64,000 nt of DNA, taken from NCBI RefSeq assembly GCF_009914755.1, contig NC_060934.1; one strand, 5' to 3'. The stretch is from the human T2T-CHM13v2.0 reference genome, Homo sapiens. The notes under the pieces were generated by a model, which did not search any database, was not told the DNA's origin, and saw only the letters and a list, made by a program, of their open reading frames with translations. Position numbers and translations under genes: made by a program. Every line of letters starts with the position of its first letter. Positions within the stretch are counted from its first letter, which is position 1. Shown piece by piece: positions 1 through 15,020 of the stretch.

Positions 1-188
1 TTCTCCTGCCTCAGCCACCCAAGTAACTGGGATTACAGGTGCCACCACTGCTGGCTAATTTTTTTGTATTTTTTGTAGAGACGGATTTGGCCAGGCTGGT
101 CTTGAACTCCCAACCTCAGGTGATCTGCCCACCTTGGCCTGGGATTACAAAGTGCTGGGATTACAGGTGTGAGCCACCGCTCCTGGCC
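1..188 (-). mobile_element. Alu (AluS-like), cut by window edge
   Basis: Antisense Alu motifs CTCCTGCCTCAGCC, CTCAGGTGATCTGCCC, AAAGTGCTGGGATTACAGG, ending ...CCTGGCC. Confidence 0.95.
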
Positions 189-821
189 CCCCTGAATTAC
201 TTTAATCTGTCATTCCCTGTGGCTACTTGGAGTTTCTATTTGTGTTTAAAATTCAAAAGAGTGAAAAAAAAAAAAGAGACTTAATTGCATCATATAATAT
301 TTTTGTTTGGCAAGTGCAGATTTTATTTCATACATGAAATATTTTATTGGATTTGAATAGTATCTTTTAAACTGAAATTTATTCTTTAATTTTAATAAAT
401 TGTTTTTAAACTAAAGAACAAATAAAATAATAATTATTATGAATTATTTCATGATTATTGCTTTTTGGAGCATAGATGAATGAGGTGTTAAAAATGATGC
501 ACTCTGATTGTCTAATATGCTAGAAATACTAGGTGCATGGCTGATTCCTCAAAACATCACTGTTGGCTTCAATTAAAAGAGAGCATATTAATTAAGATAG
601 AGAGAAAGTAGGTTTTATAACCAACTTTTCATCTCCCTCCACTCCCATAATAATTCAGGAAAAATTGAGTAACTTATTAAAATCTCTGAATATGCTTTAT
701 CACCTATGAGGGGGCTTCAATGACCAGAGGCGTTTGTTCCTTGAATGTTTCACATTTCAAAATTTATGTCTGTTCGATGGCAATTTGGGGAAAATTTGTC
801 TTTTATTTTTTATTAAAAAAA

Positions 822-1116
822 TTTCTTTTGAGACAAGGTCTCAATCTGTTGCCCAGGCTGGAGTGTAGTGGTGTAATCATGACTCACTGCAGCCTTAACC
901 TCCTGGGCTCAAGGGATTCTCTTGCCTCAGCCTCCTGAATAACTGGGACTACAGGCATGTACCACCATGCCCAGCTAATTTTTTAAATTTACTTTTTTTT
1001 TTTGTACAGATGGGGGTCTCACTTTGTTGTCCACGCTGGTCTCAAACTCGTGGCCTCAAGCAACCCTCCTACCTGAGCCTCCCAAACTGCTGGGATTATA
1101 CGCATGAGCTTGGCCT
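822..1116 (-). mobile_element. AluJ
   Basis: AluJ-type CACTGCAGCCTTAACCTCCTGGGCTCAAG; degenerate TSD AAATT(T)GTCTTTTA. Confidence 0.92.
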
Positions 1117-2707
1117 AGACAAATTGTCTTTTAAACATGGTAAACATGTTAATAGGTATTTTTAATTTATTGATTATCTATCATCTTGTGACGGAAAGTT
1201 TCCTAATAATTTTAAAATAAGGAAAAATGTTTGGCATTGAGTGTTGTAATTTAGGAAGTAGCCTAAGATATGGTCACCAAGTTTAATTTAAGTAGTAAAA
1301 TATTTTGGGGGTATGTACACATGGCAGCACTTAGTGAAAATTGCAGATAGTGAAAGATACTTTTTGAAATTTGTTCAATAAGTTACTCGTGAATTATTCG
1401 ATTTTCTGGAGACCAAGGGTGTTTTCTCAGGTTGGTCAAGTTCTCATTCCCTAGGTGTAGCTTGACCTCCTGGCCACATGCTCTTAAAACCATTGGCAGG
1501 GATCACCTGCAGGATTTAAATAGTTTCCTCTCCCTCTTCCCTCTCCCTTTCCTCTTTCCCTTCCTCACCTCTCTGCATTTTTGTCCCTCTCTTCCTGGTT
1601 TTACTTTCATGCCAAAGGCTTACAGTTAAATTCCCTTGAGTTACATTTGCAAAATTAATTTGTGTATCATCCAACTCCACAGTATTTGGCAAGTCATGGT
1701 ATTTTGGCTTCTATCTTCATTTCACTTGCATTAAAACAGATTAAAACAATCCAAGGAATACAGAGTGTAGCATTAAGATAAATGCATGCTACACGGTTGG
1801 GAGTTCGTTACGTGCATATTTTTGCAAATAAATCTGACCTTAAAAGGTAATTGCTTTAGGACCTTGAAAAAATCAAGGATGAAGGATTTCTCTTAAGCAG
1901 CATACTTTTGATTCTCCAGGGTTAGCAAAGAGAAGAGCTTTCAGAACACCAAAGTCAATGATAAGTCAAAGAGTTTAGCTACATTCTCCTTTGTTTTCTA
2001 CCCAAAACATATTAAGCAATATCTGGATATTACTCTCATTGGTTTTTGGGCATCTACAAATGAGATAGTACTTTATAAAATCTCTGAACAGCCCTGGACT
2101 TGTGTTTACTTGGGCAGAGGTATATACAAAGGAACTGGCCTGCAGCACACAACTGAATTTGGTGGCCCTGAGTGAGTATCTACTTTATAAGGTGGTGGTG
2201 TTCTGCCCTCTACTATCACCCCTGGAATAAAAAATATAGGTGAGAAGACACCAGTCATCACTTTCTCTTCCCTGGAGGCATGCTCATTGGGCCGATTTTC
2301 TCTAATAACTTTCCTAACTGGAGAGGGTGCATGCACACATTTTAAATTAAGAGAGGATTTCTACAGGCAAACAGAACACGTTCTCCCCTTGTTGCAATAT
2401 TTGTCTTCTGGGAAAGGACTTGCAGAGCCTTGTGGTAAGTTGCTTAATAGTGGTCATGGTCGGTTAATCTCATTTTTCCCTCTAAGAGAGAGGGGACAAA
2501 ATAACTGCCTGGTGAATATCAGGGTCCCTAGGCTTATATGGGGAAATTGGATGAAAGTTCTCCCAGGACAGCAATGTTTTATTCTGAAATCAAAAATTGG
2601 CTTTCCAGGGCAGGGATTTTGAGGGGAGTCCATAATCCTCAGGGAAGTCCTTGGTCTTTGGGTGGGCTCCTGGATGGTGGAGATTCTTCTAAAAGGAGGC
2701 AACACAG

Positions 2708-3014
2708 TTTTTTTTTTTTTTTTTTTTTTTAAGACAGAATCTCGCTCTGTCACCAGTCTGGAGTGCAGTGACACGATCTCGGCCCACTGCAACCTCTGTC
2801 TCCCGGATTCAAGCAATTCTCCTGCCTCAGCCTTCTGAGTAGCTGGGAGTACAGGCACGTGACACCATGTCTGGCTAATTTTTTTTGTATTTTTAGCAAA
2901 GACGGGGTTTCACCATGTTGGCCAGGTTGGTCTTGAACCCCTGACCTCAAATGATCCACTCTCCTTGGCCTCCCAAAGTGCTGAGATTACAGGTATGAGC
3001 CACTGTGCCCAGCC
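2708..3014 (-). mobile_element. AluS
   Basis: Poly-T tail then full dimer in antisense. Confidence 0.95.
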
Positions 3015-3344
3015 TAGCACTGTCTTTTTTGTGTGTACATTTTATCAGTTTTTAAAAAGCTTCTCTGACTTCTAAAATCATTCTTAGAAATTCTTCTGCA
3101 GCATTCCCGAAGCTAAGACTTGCTCTGCAAATTACATTAAAAGTAATTCTTAATTCTTATGTGAAACTTTTATGCCATTATCCCATTTCGTTTTTCACAA
3201 TTTTAAATAAAACAGATAAAACACCAAGGACATAAAAGCAGTACAGATGGCCCCGACTTTCAATGTTCAGCTTACAATTTTCTGACTTTAGGATGGTGCA
3301 AAAGCAATATGCACATGGTAGAAACTGTCCTTTTAAAAATTTGG

Positions 3345-3562
3345 GGCCAAGTGTGGTTTCTCATGCTTATAATCCCCATACTTTGAGAGGCCAAGGCTGC
3401 AGGATTGCTTGAGCTCAGGAGTTTGAGACGAGCCTGGGAAACATGGTGAGACCCCATTTCCACAAAAAATAAAAAAATTAGTCAAGTGTGGTGATGCTTA
3501 CCTGTGGTCGTAGCTACTCAGGAGGCTAAGGTGGGAGGATTGCTTGAAGCCCAAGAGGTTGC
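3345..3562 (+). mobile_element. AluJ, 3'-truncated
   Basis: Left arm and part of right arm, then abrupt junction into transposase sequence; no tail. Confidence 0.9.
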
Positions 3563-3564
3563 CG

Positions 3565-4260
3565 TTAGAGAACCATAGAGCATTCAAGAATGTGAGCAAG
3601 CATACATTTCCCATTTATTATTTCCATAAGAAGAAAGCCTGGATGACATCAACATTGTGCAAAGACTTGTTTCAAACCGGTTTTAGTCCACAGGCAAGAG
3701 AATACTATTGGCAAAACAACATCCCATGCAAGATTCTTCTGATGCTAGATAATGCTCTGGGGCAAGCACAGCATATTGGTGACATGCATCCTGATGTAAA
3801 TGTTGTGTATTTGCCACCAAACAAAACTGCACTAATTCAACCAATGGACTAAAGCACAAGAGCTGGGTTCATAGCATACTATGTACACCAGATGTTTGCA
3901 CAGGCTGCTGAAATGACTGAATCTGGCCAAATGCTCCTAGAGTTTTGGAAAGGTTCTAACATTCTAAGTGCTATCCAGAACATGACTGCAGCACAGGAAG
4001 AAGTCACACAGCAATGCATAAATTGCTTTTGGAAGAAAGCTTTGAAGACATATGTGAACACATTCAAAGGCTTTAACAAAGACCCTGCTGTTGATGGAAT
4101 AGTAACAGTGTATTAGTGCTTGGGAAACAGGTGGAATTTGACATTGATGAGGAGGATGAGCTTGTTGGCTTTGAGGCTGAAGAATTTATCAATGAGGAGC
4201 TGATCAAACGGGAGTAAGAAAGAAGTAAAGAACTTGAGGCAGAGGAAGAAGTTTTACCCA
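3565..4260 (+). pseudogene. Decayed Tigger/pogo DDE_1 transposase fragment
   Basis: ORFs 3544-3852 and 3892-4116 share one frame: KAWMT, ILLMLDNA, YLPPNKTALIQPMD* match pogo DDE motifs; stop replaces Q of QPMDQG; acidic C-terminal part in another frame. Confidence 0.9.
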
Positions 4261-4347
4261 AGGCACCAAGAAAGTGCACAGCAATGAAGCTGCAGAGGTG
4301 TTTGCTATGATTAGCAGTGGTGTATAGATGTTATAAGAAGTGGATGT

Positions 4348-5150
<803 letters not shown>

Positions 5151-5330
5151 GAGAAACGGATGCCAATTACGAGAGATTTGCAAGAGTTGACAGGCAGATG
5201 CAGTATGTGCTTCCTTTCTCTAGGGAAATAGATAACGAAAAGAAGAAACGAACTCTACAGTCAAAACTTGATATATTCCTGAACATTATGCCTGCTAAAC
5301 CATCAGGTGTTCATATCCCAGTGCCTTCTA

Positions 5331-5635
5331 CAGGTTGAGCATTTCTAATCTGAAAATCCAAAATGCAAACTTTGTGTGCTGACATGATGCCACAAGTAGA
5401 AACTCCCACACTTGACCTCCTTTAATAATTTCACAAAATTATTAAAAATATTGTATACAATTACCTTCGGTTTATGTGTATTATGTGTGTATAAAACAAA
5501 TAAATTTTATGTCTGGACTTGGGTCCCACCTCCAAGGTATCTCATTATGTATATGCAAATATTCCAAAAACCAAAAAGAAAAAAATCTGAAATACTTCTG
5601 GTCCCAAGCATTTAGGATAAGGGATACTCAACCTA
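5331..5635. mobile_element. Tigger4b/Zombi (MER46-type) MITE nested in Tigger5
   Basis: TIRs CAGGTTGAGCAT.../...ATACTCAACCTA with TA on both sides. Confidence 0.85.
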
Positions 5636-6349
5636 TAACAGCTATTGTCTCCAGAGCCTCATGATAAGAGTGAGAAATTAACAACTCTGTGGCTGTAGCA
5701 TCTCCTTCATCCAGCAATTAATTTCAGTTCAATGCTTCAAACATTCTTCAGGTCCAGTGTACTTTCAGTTGTCTACATTAATGGTGAGGACCTATACAAC
5801 TGTTCTGTTTTTCATAGTTTGGTATTCAATAAATTACATGAGATATTCAGTACTTTATTATAAAATAGGCATTGTGTTAGATGATTTTGTCCAACCATAG
5901 GTTAATATAAGCATGCTGGGCACATTTAATGTAGGCTAGGCTAAGTTGTGATGTTCAAGAGGTTATATGTATTTAATGCGTTTTTGACTTACAACATTTT
6001 TCATTTATGATGGGTTCATCGGGATGGAACCCCATCAGAAATTGAAGAGCATCTGTACTAGAATATGGCTGAGGCCTGCCCAGATTTTTCTTGTTTTTAA
6101 TTTAGTGGAATTATATTGATTTCAAAAGCTTTGCACTTGAGTATGTTGAAATACCCTTACTTGAAAGAGAAAGCTGTCTACTTTGTTTGAGTAAATGTAT
6201 AGTAAAGTGCTGGCTAAAGTCTTTGGCTTGTCAAATACAATAAAAATTACTTACAATGTCTGGTTATATGAAAGAAATACTTCAAACGAAGGAGTTTTTA
6301 AATTTGAAGAGGCTTTTTGTGTGGGCAGGGAAATTGAGCTCATTTTTAC

Positions 6350-6648
6350 TTTTTTTTTTTTTTTTTTCTTTGAGACATAGTCTTGCTCTGTTGCCAAGGC
6401 AGAGTGCAGTGGTGCAATCATAGCTGACTGCAGCCTCGACCTCCTGGGCTCCAGTGATCCTCCTCCCTCAGCCTCCTGAATAGCTGAAACTACAAGTACA
6501 CACCACCATACCTGGCTAATTTTTTAACATATTTTGTAGAGATGGGGCATCATTATGTTGCCCAGGCTGATCTCAAACTCCTGGGCTCCAGTGATCCTCC
6601 TGCCTTAGCCTCCAAAAGCACTGGGATTACAGGCCACCTTGCCTGGCC
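6350..6648 (-). mobile_element. AluJ
   Basis: Full antisense dimer; TSD CATTTTTA. Confidence 0.93.
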
Positions 6649-6967
6649 CATTTTTATTTTTCTTTAAATTGAGATTTTCTATAGTGCTTAGATTTTTTTT
6701 CTAAGAAGACCACATCGTTATTCAAGTAAGGGAAGCCCTGCTTTAGACACTGTTAATGAATTATGACATCATTAACAGCAACAGTTTGACCACAAGTAGT
6801 AATGAAGATGATTCTGAAATTCCAGGTAGTGATGGACCTTCGAATAGTAATTTTGTAAAACTTGAGAAAATTGAAACTAAACATACCAGTTTAATGAAAG
6901 TTTGCTAGCTAATCTTTTTTGTTAGTTTACATATACCTCTTAAATACTTTTATTTAAGTTAAAAAAG

Positions 6968-7128
6968 TTTTTTTTTAATGATTAGATAGGTTCTCACTTC
7001 GTTACCCAGGCTGGAGTGCACTGGTAGAATCATAGCTCACTGTAGCCTTTACTTCTGGCCTCAAGCGATCTTTTTGTCTTGGCCCCACGGAGTGCTGGGA
7101 TTACTAGCATGAGACACCACACCAGGGC
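6968..7128 (-). mobile_element. Alu monomer (FAM/FRAM-like)
   Basis: ~160-bp single arm; TSD TTATTTAAGTT/TTATTTAGGTT. Confidence 0.85.
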
Positions 7129-7244
7129 TTATTTAGGTTTTAACTTGGTGCCATTTCATTTGAGTTAGAAGCATTTAGTCACTCCAGCTTGGTGGAAATT
7201 ATTCCTACAGTTAAGCACATTGGTTTATTTTTGTATGGTTCCAT

Positions 7245-7454
7245 AATAATAATAATGGAACCACACAAAATCAAGCACTTGTTAGATTCCAGGCCTTGTG
7301 TTTCCTCCACGGTTTATGAGGATTTTCTTATTCAATCCTTCAACAGCTTCATGCAATAGGAATTAGGACTTTCATCTCTGTTTTGCAGGTGGAAAAACAG
7401 GAATGGAATCCAAATTCTGTAATTCAAGAACCTGCACTCTTATCCACTACACTA
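7245..7454 (-). mobile_element. MIR
   Basis: Degenerate MIR core (TCTCTGTTTTGCAGGTGGAAAAAC; CTCTTATCCACTAC). Confidence 0.65.
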
Positions 7455-7644
7455 AATTTATTTTAAGTAAAATTAAAGAGTCAATAAATAAAATAGGGAA
7501 TAAAGGTTTTTTGTTACAGAAAATTCAGTAGTTAAGGTGAACCCTCATGTACACATGTCCAATCTTGTTCTCTCTATATCCTCTATCTTCTGCCCCACCA
7601 TTATCATAAAGCAAGCCCCAGACATCACATTATTTCATTAAAGG

Positions 7645-8451
<807 letters not shown>

Positions 8452-8605
8452 TGATTCACTTCTTAGTGTTGCAGATAAAATTGATCCTGTGACTTATTTC
8501 CTGAATGCTGTATTTATACATTTACTTTTGTGCTTACATTTGCTATGCTTTAAGTGGAAACCAAGATGAATCAAGCAAATTCTGTCCTCAAGAAACTTAA
8601 AATCT

Positions 8606-8719
8606 TGCTTTGGGAGGCCAAGGTGGGAGGATTGCTTGAGGCCAGGAGTTTGAGATTTGCTGGGGCAGCATGGTGAGAACCTGTCCCTACAAAAAAAATT
8701 TTAAAATAATAAATAAAAT
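8606..8719 (+). mobile_element. 5'-truncated FLAM
   Basis: Left-monomer sequence with A tail; TSD AAACTTAAAATCT on both sides. Confidence 0.85.
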
Positions 8720-9410
8720 AAACTTAAAATCTAATGGTAGGGATAAAATAGGTACATAAATATCCCTAATATAAATAATGTGATACATGCCAAGGTCATG
8801 TATAGATAAGTTTAGAAGTTCAGAAGAGAAGTATCTAAAATTTGTGAATGACTTCCCTGTTAGACAAGGTTTTGAACTCATAAGTGTGTTATTTATTTTA
8901 GTGCTTCAATACCCACCTTAAAAGACAAATATTATTAACCCCAGTTATCGATGATGAAGTTGAGTCTCGGCAGGAGGTGACAACTGAATATGCCTGAGGG
9001 ATAGAGAGGATTTGCATAACTGGCTAGTTGGGCACCCCAGGTGAGGGGAATAGCTGTGGAAAGGCAATGAAAGCACCAGCAATCAGAGAAACAGGGTCCA
9101 GGAAGCAGAGAAACAGGGTCATGGAATACCGAATGGAAAGGTCAAAGGCATATTTTAAGGCTTCTACTTTGGATAAGGAAAGACACTGAGAGGCTGGATA
9201 TGCATTGTCATGTGTATGTTGAATGAGGAAAATACATTAGATACCAATACAAAGATGTGCGATTTCTACAAAGGATCTGCTTATCAGTGAAACATTAATA
9301 GATCCTGAGTGATGTGAATGTCTCGGAGAGGTCATGACCTTAGAAATCTAAATAAAAAATAAAATAAAAAGCATTAAATAAATAAATGCAAGCACAAATC
9401 ACAAATCTCT

Positions 9411-9727
<317 letters not shown>

Positions 9728-10169
9728 TCATAGAATTCTGGAAGTGCAGCATTCATTGTCCTCTACTGTCCTGTGCTAATGCAGACCCAGCCATTCTTTG
9801 TATCCCTCGATTTCCAAAAAGCCTTTTAGTGTTATCTTCTGATAACACTAAATCCTGATTTTATAATGCATCCTGATTTTATAATGGAAGTTGGCTCTTA
9901 GGGCATTTTTCTTTTGTACTTTAAAGCTTAAGACCCAAAGAAAAACATGCATAATTAATCTGTCAAATCTGGGGATAGCTCTGTACGTACTGCCAAGTCT
10001 CTCCCTCTCTTTCAATTTTTTGTTAGAAATTTGTGGCAGTAATTATATATACCTGGCACCTACTGTGTCCTTTTGTTTTCATAGGCATGTTTGACTTAAA
10101 TACTCTCTACCATCACTTATTCTTCCACCTCCAAACTCATTTGTTTTGAGATTGCTTTTGTATTTTCAC

Positions 10170-10480
10170 TTTTTATTTATTTTTATTTTTATTTTTGAGA
10201 CAGTGTCTTGCTCTGTCCTCCAGGGTGAAGTGCAGTGCAGTGATTATGGCTTACTGCAGCCTTGGACTCCTGGGCTTCAGTGATCCTTGTGCCTCAGCCT
10301 CCTGAGTAGCTGGGACTATAGGCACTCACCATCACATCTGGCTAATAAAAAAAATTTTGTTTTGTAGAGAAAGGGTCTTGCTGTGTTGCCCAGGTCTCAA
10401 ACTCCTAGCTTCAAGTGATCTCTCTCCTTGGCCTCCCAAAGTGCTGGAGTAATAACAGGAGTGAGCCATTGTGCCTGGCT
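10170..10480 (-). mobile_element. AluJ
   Basis: Antisense dimer. Confidence 0.92.
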
Positions 10481-10494
10481 TCTATTTTCATTGA

Positions 10495-10910
<416 letters not shown>

Positions 10911-11130
10911 TGATTGATTTCCTGCTGAGCTTCACTGGCCGCAGACACATTTACATTTGTTCATGGTTCTTGGGCTGATAATTTCACTTCTTTAAAGAAC
11001 GACATAACTTGTTTAGATGGCATGTGATTATAGGAGGGACTAATTGAGCCAGGAAATGAGGATCCCCAGTCAATCATTTAGTCACTTACTTGTGGCCCAA
11101 AGTGAGATCAATTAAGTCCTTCCTGAATAA

Positions 11131-11789
11131 TTTTTTTTAATTGTGACAGGGCCTCTCTCTGTTTGTTACCCAGGCTGGAGTGCAGTGGTATGATCATGGT
11201 TCACTGTACCCTTGACTTCCTAGGCTCAAGAGATCCTCCCATATTGATATGGTTTGGCTGTGTCCCCACCTAAATCTCAACTTGAATTGTATCTCCCATA
11301 ATTCCCACGTTTTATGGGAGGGACCCAGGGGGAGGTAATTGAATCATGGGGGCTGGTCTTTCCCATGCTATTCTCGTGATAGTGAACAAGTCTCATGAAA
11401 TCTGATGGGTTTATCAGGGATTTCTGCTTTTGCCTCTTCCTCATTTTCTCTTGCCACCACCATGTAAGAAGTGCCTTTCACCTCCCGCTATGATTCTGAG
11501 GCAACCCCAGCCATGTGGAGCTGTAAGTCCAATTAAACCTCTTTTTGTTCCCAATTTCGGGTATGTCTATTAGCAGCCTGAAAATGAACTAGTACACATA
11601 TCAACCTCCTTAGTAGCTAAGACTACAGGCATATGCCATCATGCCTGGCTAAATTTTAAAACAAATTTTTGTAGAGATGGGAACTCACTATGTTGCCCAG
11701 GCTGGTCTGGAACACCTGGCCTCAAGCAATTCTCCTGCCTCAGCCTCCCAAAATGCTGGAATTACAGCCGTGAGCCATTGCACCCAGTC
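11131..11789 (-). mobile_element. AluJ split by a THE1A LTR
   Basis: Right arm resumes after the LTR at 11602. Confidence 0.9.
11245..11596 (+). mobile_element. THE1A (ERVL-MaLR) solo LTR
   Basis: TGATATGGTTTGGCTGTGTCCCCACC...ACTAGTACA, 352 bp, ATTAAA signal, perfect 5-bp TSD CATAT (11240-11244, 11597-11601). Confidence 0.95.
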
Positions 11790-12902
11790 TTCCTTGTGTA
11801 ATTCTTAGTGTAAATCTGGAATCACCCATGTCAATCTTACTGAAAAATAAGGAATAAAATTGGTATGTATTTGTTTGAAGGAGACAAAATAATTATATAT
11901 CTTGGATCCAGCTGTTACAATGTTAGCAGAAATAACAAAATGTACTTTTAGAATGCTTTGTTTTCTTAAAAAATCCAAACACAAAGACTTGAAAATCCTT
12001 TTCTACATAATCTTTTTATCTTGAAATTTACTGTCTCTTGAGAGAAGACATGGTTTCAGAATTTTTTCTTGCATCACAATCTGCCAACCACAGAGAAATT
12101 AAGTGACTGCTTAAGAAACTAAGTATGATCTTCTATATTTATTTTCAGCATAGTATTTTACTAATTTTTTCCACCATCTATAAAATATCTATGATGACTA
12201 TGTCTAAAAATCTTACCTTTTTAAATCTGCATAATTGTGTGATTTCTAGCTGGTGCTCTCTTAATCCATTTGCAAATGTTTATCACCATTTTGTTCAAAT
12301 GGAATGTCCTGGAATTACTCGGCCCATCAAAAGGCTTCATATTCTTTTGGCTGTTTAAGTGATGAATACTGATCTCTAAAATGACTGTTTATAATTCAAT
12401 TTTTCCATTAGTCTTACTTTTTAAGTAAGAAAGAAAAGCTGTATCATCAAAATACATGATTTGACCAAATATTAAGGAGATAAGAGGTGTTTCCTATGAG
12501 TGCTTACTGTATATATTATCAAGATGTAAAATGCGTAGCTGGCTCACGCAGTTATTTGTGGTGGTAATATTTAACAATCTGAAGGGCATGGGTGCCAACC
12601 AAACAGAACAAGGCATTGGTCTTAGTGCTAGAGAAGATTGCTGGATCATGAGGAGGGGGGTCCTGGAAGGGGGGCCAGGGTAGTTGGGAAGGGATGGAAG
12701 TAAAATATTCAGAAAGCTGTGCTATGTTCCACTATTTTAACAATAGCATGGCTGTACTAAAAGGACCCCACCACCTATCAGTTCTGTTGTTTGAAGAACT
12801 GTGTCAAGGAAGCCAAGGGTCTAGATTTCACCTGGATGTAGACCAGTTGACAGATACAGCAATTTACAATGCATTCTAATAAAGCAGGATGATGATGAGA
12901 GA

Positions 12903-13135
12903 AAAGAGCACAGACTTTGGAGTCAGCAAGGCTGAGTTTGGATCCTTTCTTTATTCCTTAATAGCTGTGTGATCCTGGGAAAATTTCTTGTGCTCTACAA
13001 ATGTCAGTTTCCTTCTCTATAAGAGGAGACAGCAATGCCCTCCCTGTAGGGTTGCTGAATGGCTACAGGTGAGATGAGTAAAGCTCCTGGCATAGCACTG
13101 AGCTGTAGGAAGTAGGCACTGAGAGCAGCTGCCAT
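12903..13135 (+). mobile_element. MIR
   Basis: AGAGCACAGACTTTGGAGTCAG...AGCTGTGTGATCCTGGG...TCAGTTTCCTTCTCTATAA. Confidence 0.8.
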
Positions 13136-13149
13136 CATTCCCTTTATTT

Positions 13150-13580
13150 CTGTGACTCCATTCTCTTGGGTTGTTTTTTCTTTCTTGGAAAAACTTTTCT
13201 TGAGCTTTTTGTTTTCTGCTCCTGCCTTAAATGTTGGTGATCCTTGGAATTCCTTTCTGCTAGTGTCTTGTTCTTTTTCTCTCTTCATTCTCTCCAGCAG
13301 CCTCATCCACAACCACGACTTCTGCTATAACTTTAGGGATGACTTCCTAATCTGAATCATTGTTCGGACATTTCTCCTGAGCTCCAAATCCAACTTCTTA
13401 CTAGTGTTCTCTGCTTGACTATCCTTCAGGCGCCCCCCGCCAGACCCCACGTGTCTGGAATTGAACTCATAATTTTTCCCAGCAACACACTATTTTCCTG
13501 CCTCTCCTACCTTGGTTGAAGGTAGTGCCATTAGTTTATGTTCTTAAGCTGGGAACGTGGGGGTCATCTCTGAACACTAA
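13150..13580 (+). mobile_element. L2 fragment
   Basis: CCTTAAATGTTGG, TGACTTCCTAATCT, CTCCTGAGCTCCAAATCC, TTGAACTCAT resemble L2 ORF2 3' region. Confidence 0.6.
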
Positions 13581-13581
13581 T

Positions 13582-13766
13582 CTCCCCTCCCCTCCCCTCC
13601 CCTCCCCTCCCCTCCCCTTCCCTCCCTTCCCTTTCCTCTTTCCTCTCCTCTCCCCTCCCTTCCCCTCCCCTCCCCTCCTTTTCTTTCTCCTTCCCTCCCT
13701 CCCTCTCTTCCCTCTCTCTCCTACCTTCCTTCCTTTCTCTTTCTTTCTTTCTTTCTTTCTTTCTTT

Positions 13767-13837
<71 letters not shown>

Positions 13838-13934
13838 CTTTCTTCTTTCTTTCTCTCTGTCCCCCTCCCTCCCTCCCTCTCTCTTTCTTTCTTTCTTTCC
13901 CTCTTTCTCTCTCTTTCTTCCTTCCTTCCTTCCA
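13582..13934. repeat. Polypyrimidine tract (CCCCT)n/(TTTC)n/(CCTT)n
   Basis: ~350 bp with only 2 purines on the + strand; abuts AluJ tail. Confidence 0.97.
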
Positions 13935-13939
13935 TCGAT

Positions 13940-14228
13940 GTTTCTTTTCTTTCTTTCTTGAGGATCTTGCTCTGTTGCTCAGGCTGGAGTGCAGTGCTTT
14001 GATCTCAGCTCACTGCAGCCTTGACTTCCTGGGCCCAAGCAATCCTCCCACCTCAGTTTTCCGAGAAGCTGGGACTACAGGTATGTACCATCACATCCAG
14101 TTAATTTTTGTATTTTTAGTAGAGATGCTGTTGCCCAGGCTGGTCTGGAACTCCTGGGCTCAAGCAATCCACCTGCCTCGGCTTCCCAGAGTTCTGGGAT
14201 TACAGGCATGAGTCACTGTGCCCTGCCA
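13940..14228 (-). mobile_element. AluJ
   Basis: Antisense dimer. Confidence 0.92.
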
Positions 14229-14399
14229 ATTACTACTTTTATATCCAAATATGTCATCTATTCCCGTTAATTTAGCCTCTTAAGTATCTTTTCATCCATA
14301 TGGTCTTACTTCAGGTCTCCAATCTTTCTCTACTATTAACTTCACTTCCTTGCTTATAGCATCAACCCCCTCCAGAGTATCCTATAAAAAGCTTAGAGA

Positions 14400-15020
<621 letters not shown>

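Noticed and set aside
1323-1404. Faint U6 snRNA resemblance (GGCAGCAC...AAAATTG...TCGTGAA..TTC.ATTTT)
   Set aside because: Middle is unrelated, spacing is 10 nt off, no ACAGAGA box, tail or TSD; likely chance
13516-14211. 231-aa ORF, the longest in the window
   Set aside because: Stop-free only because it spans the polypyrimidine tract and an Alu
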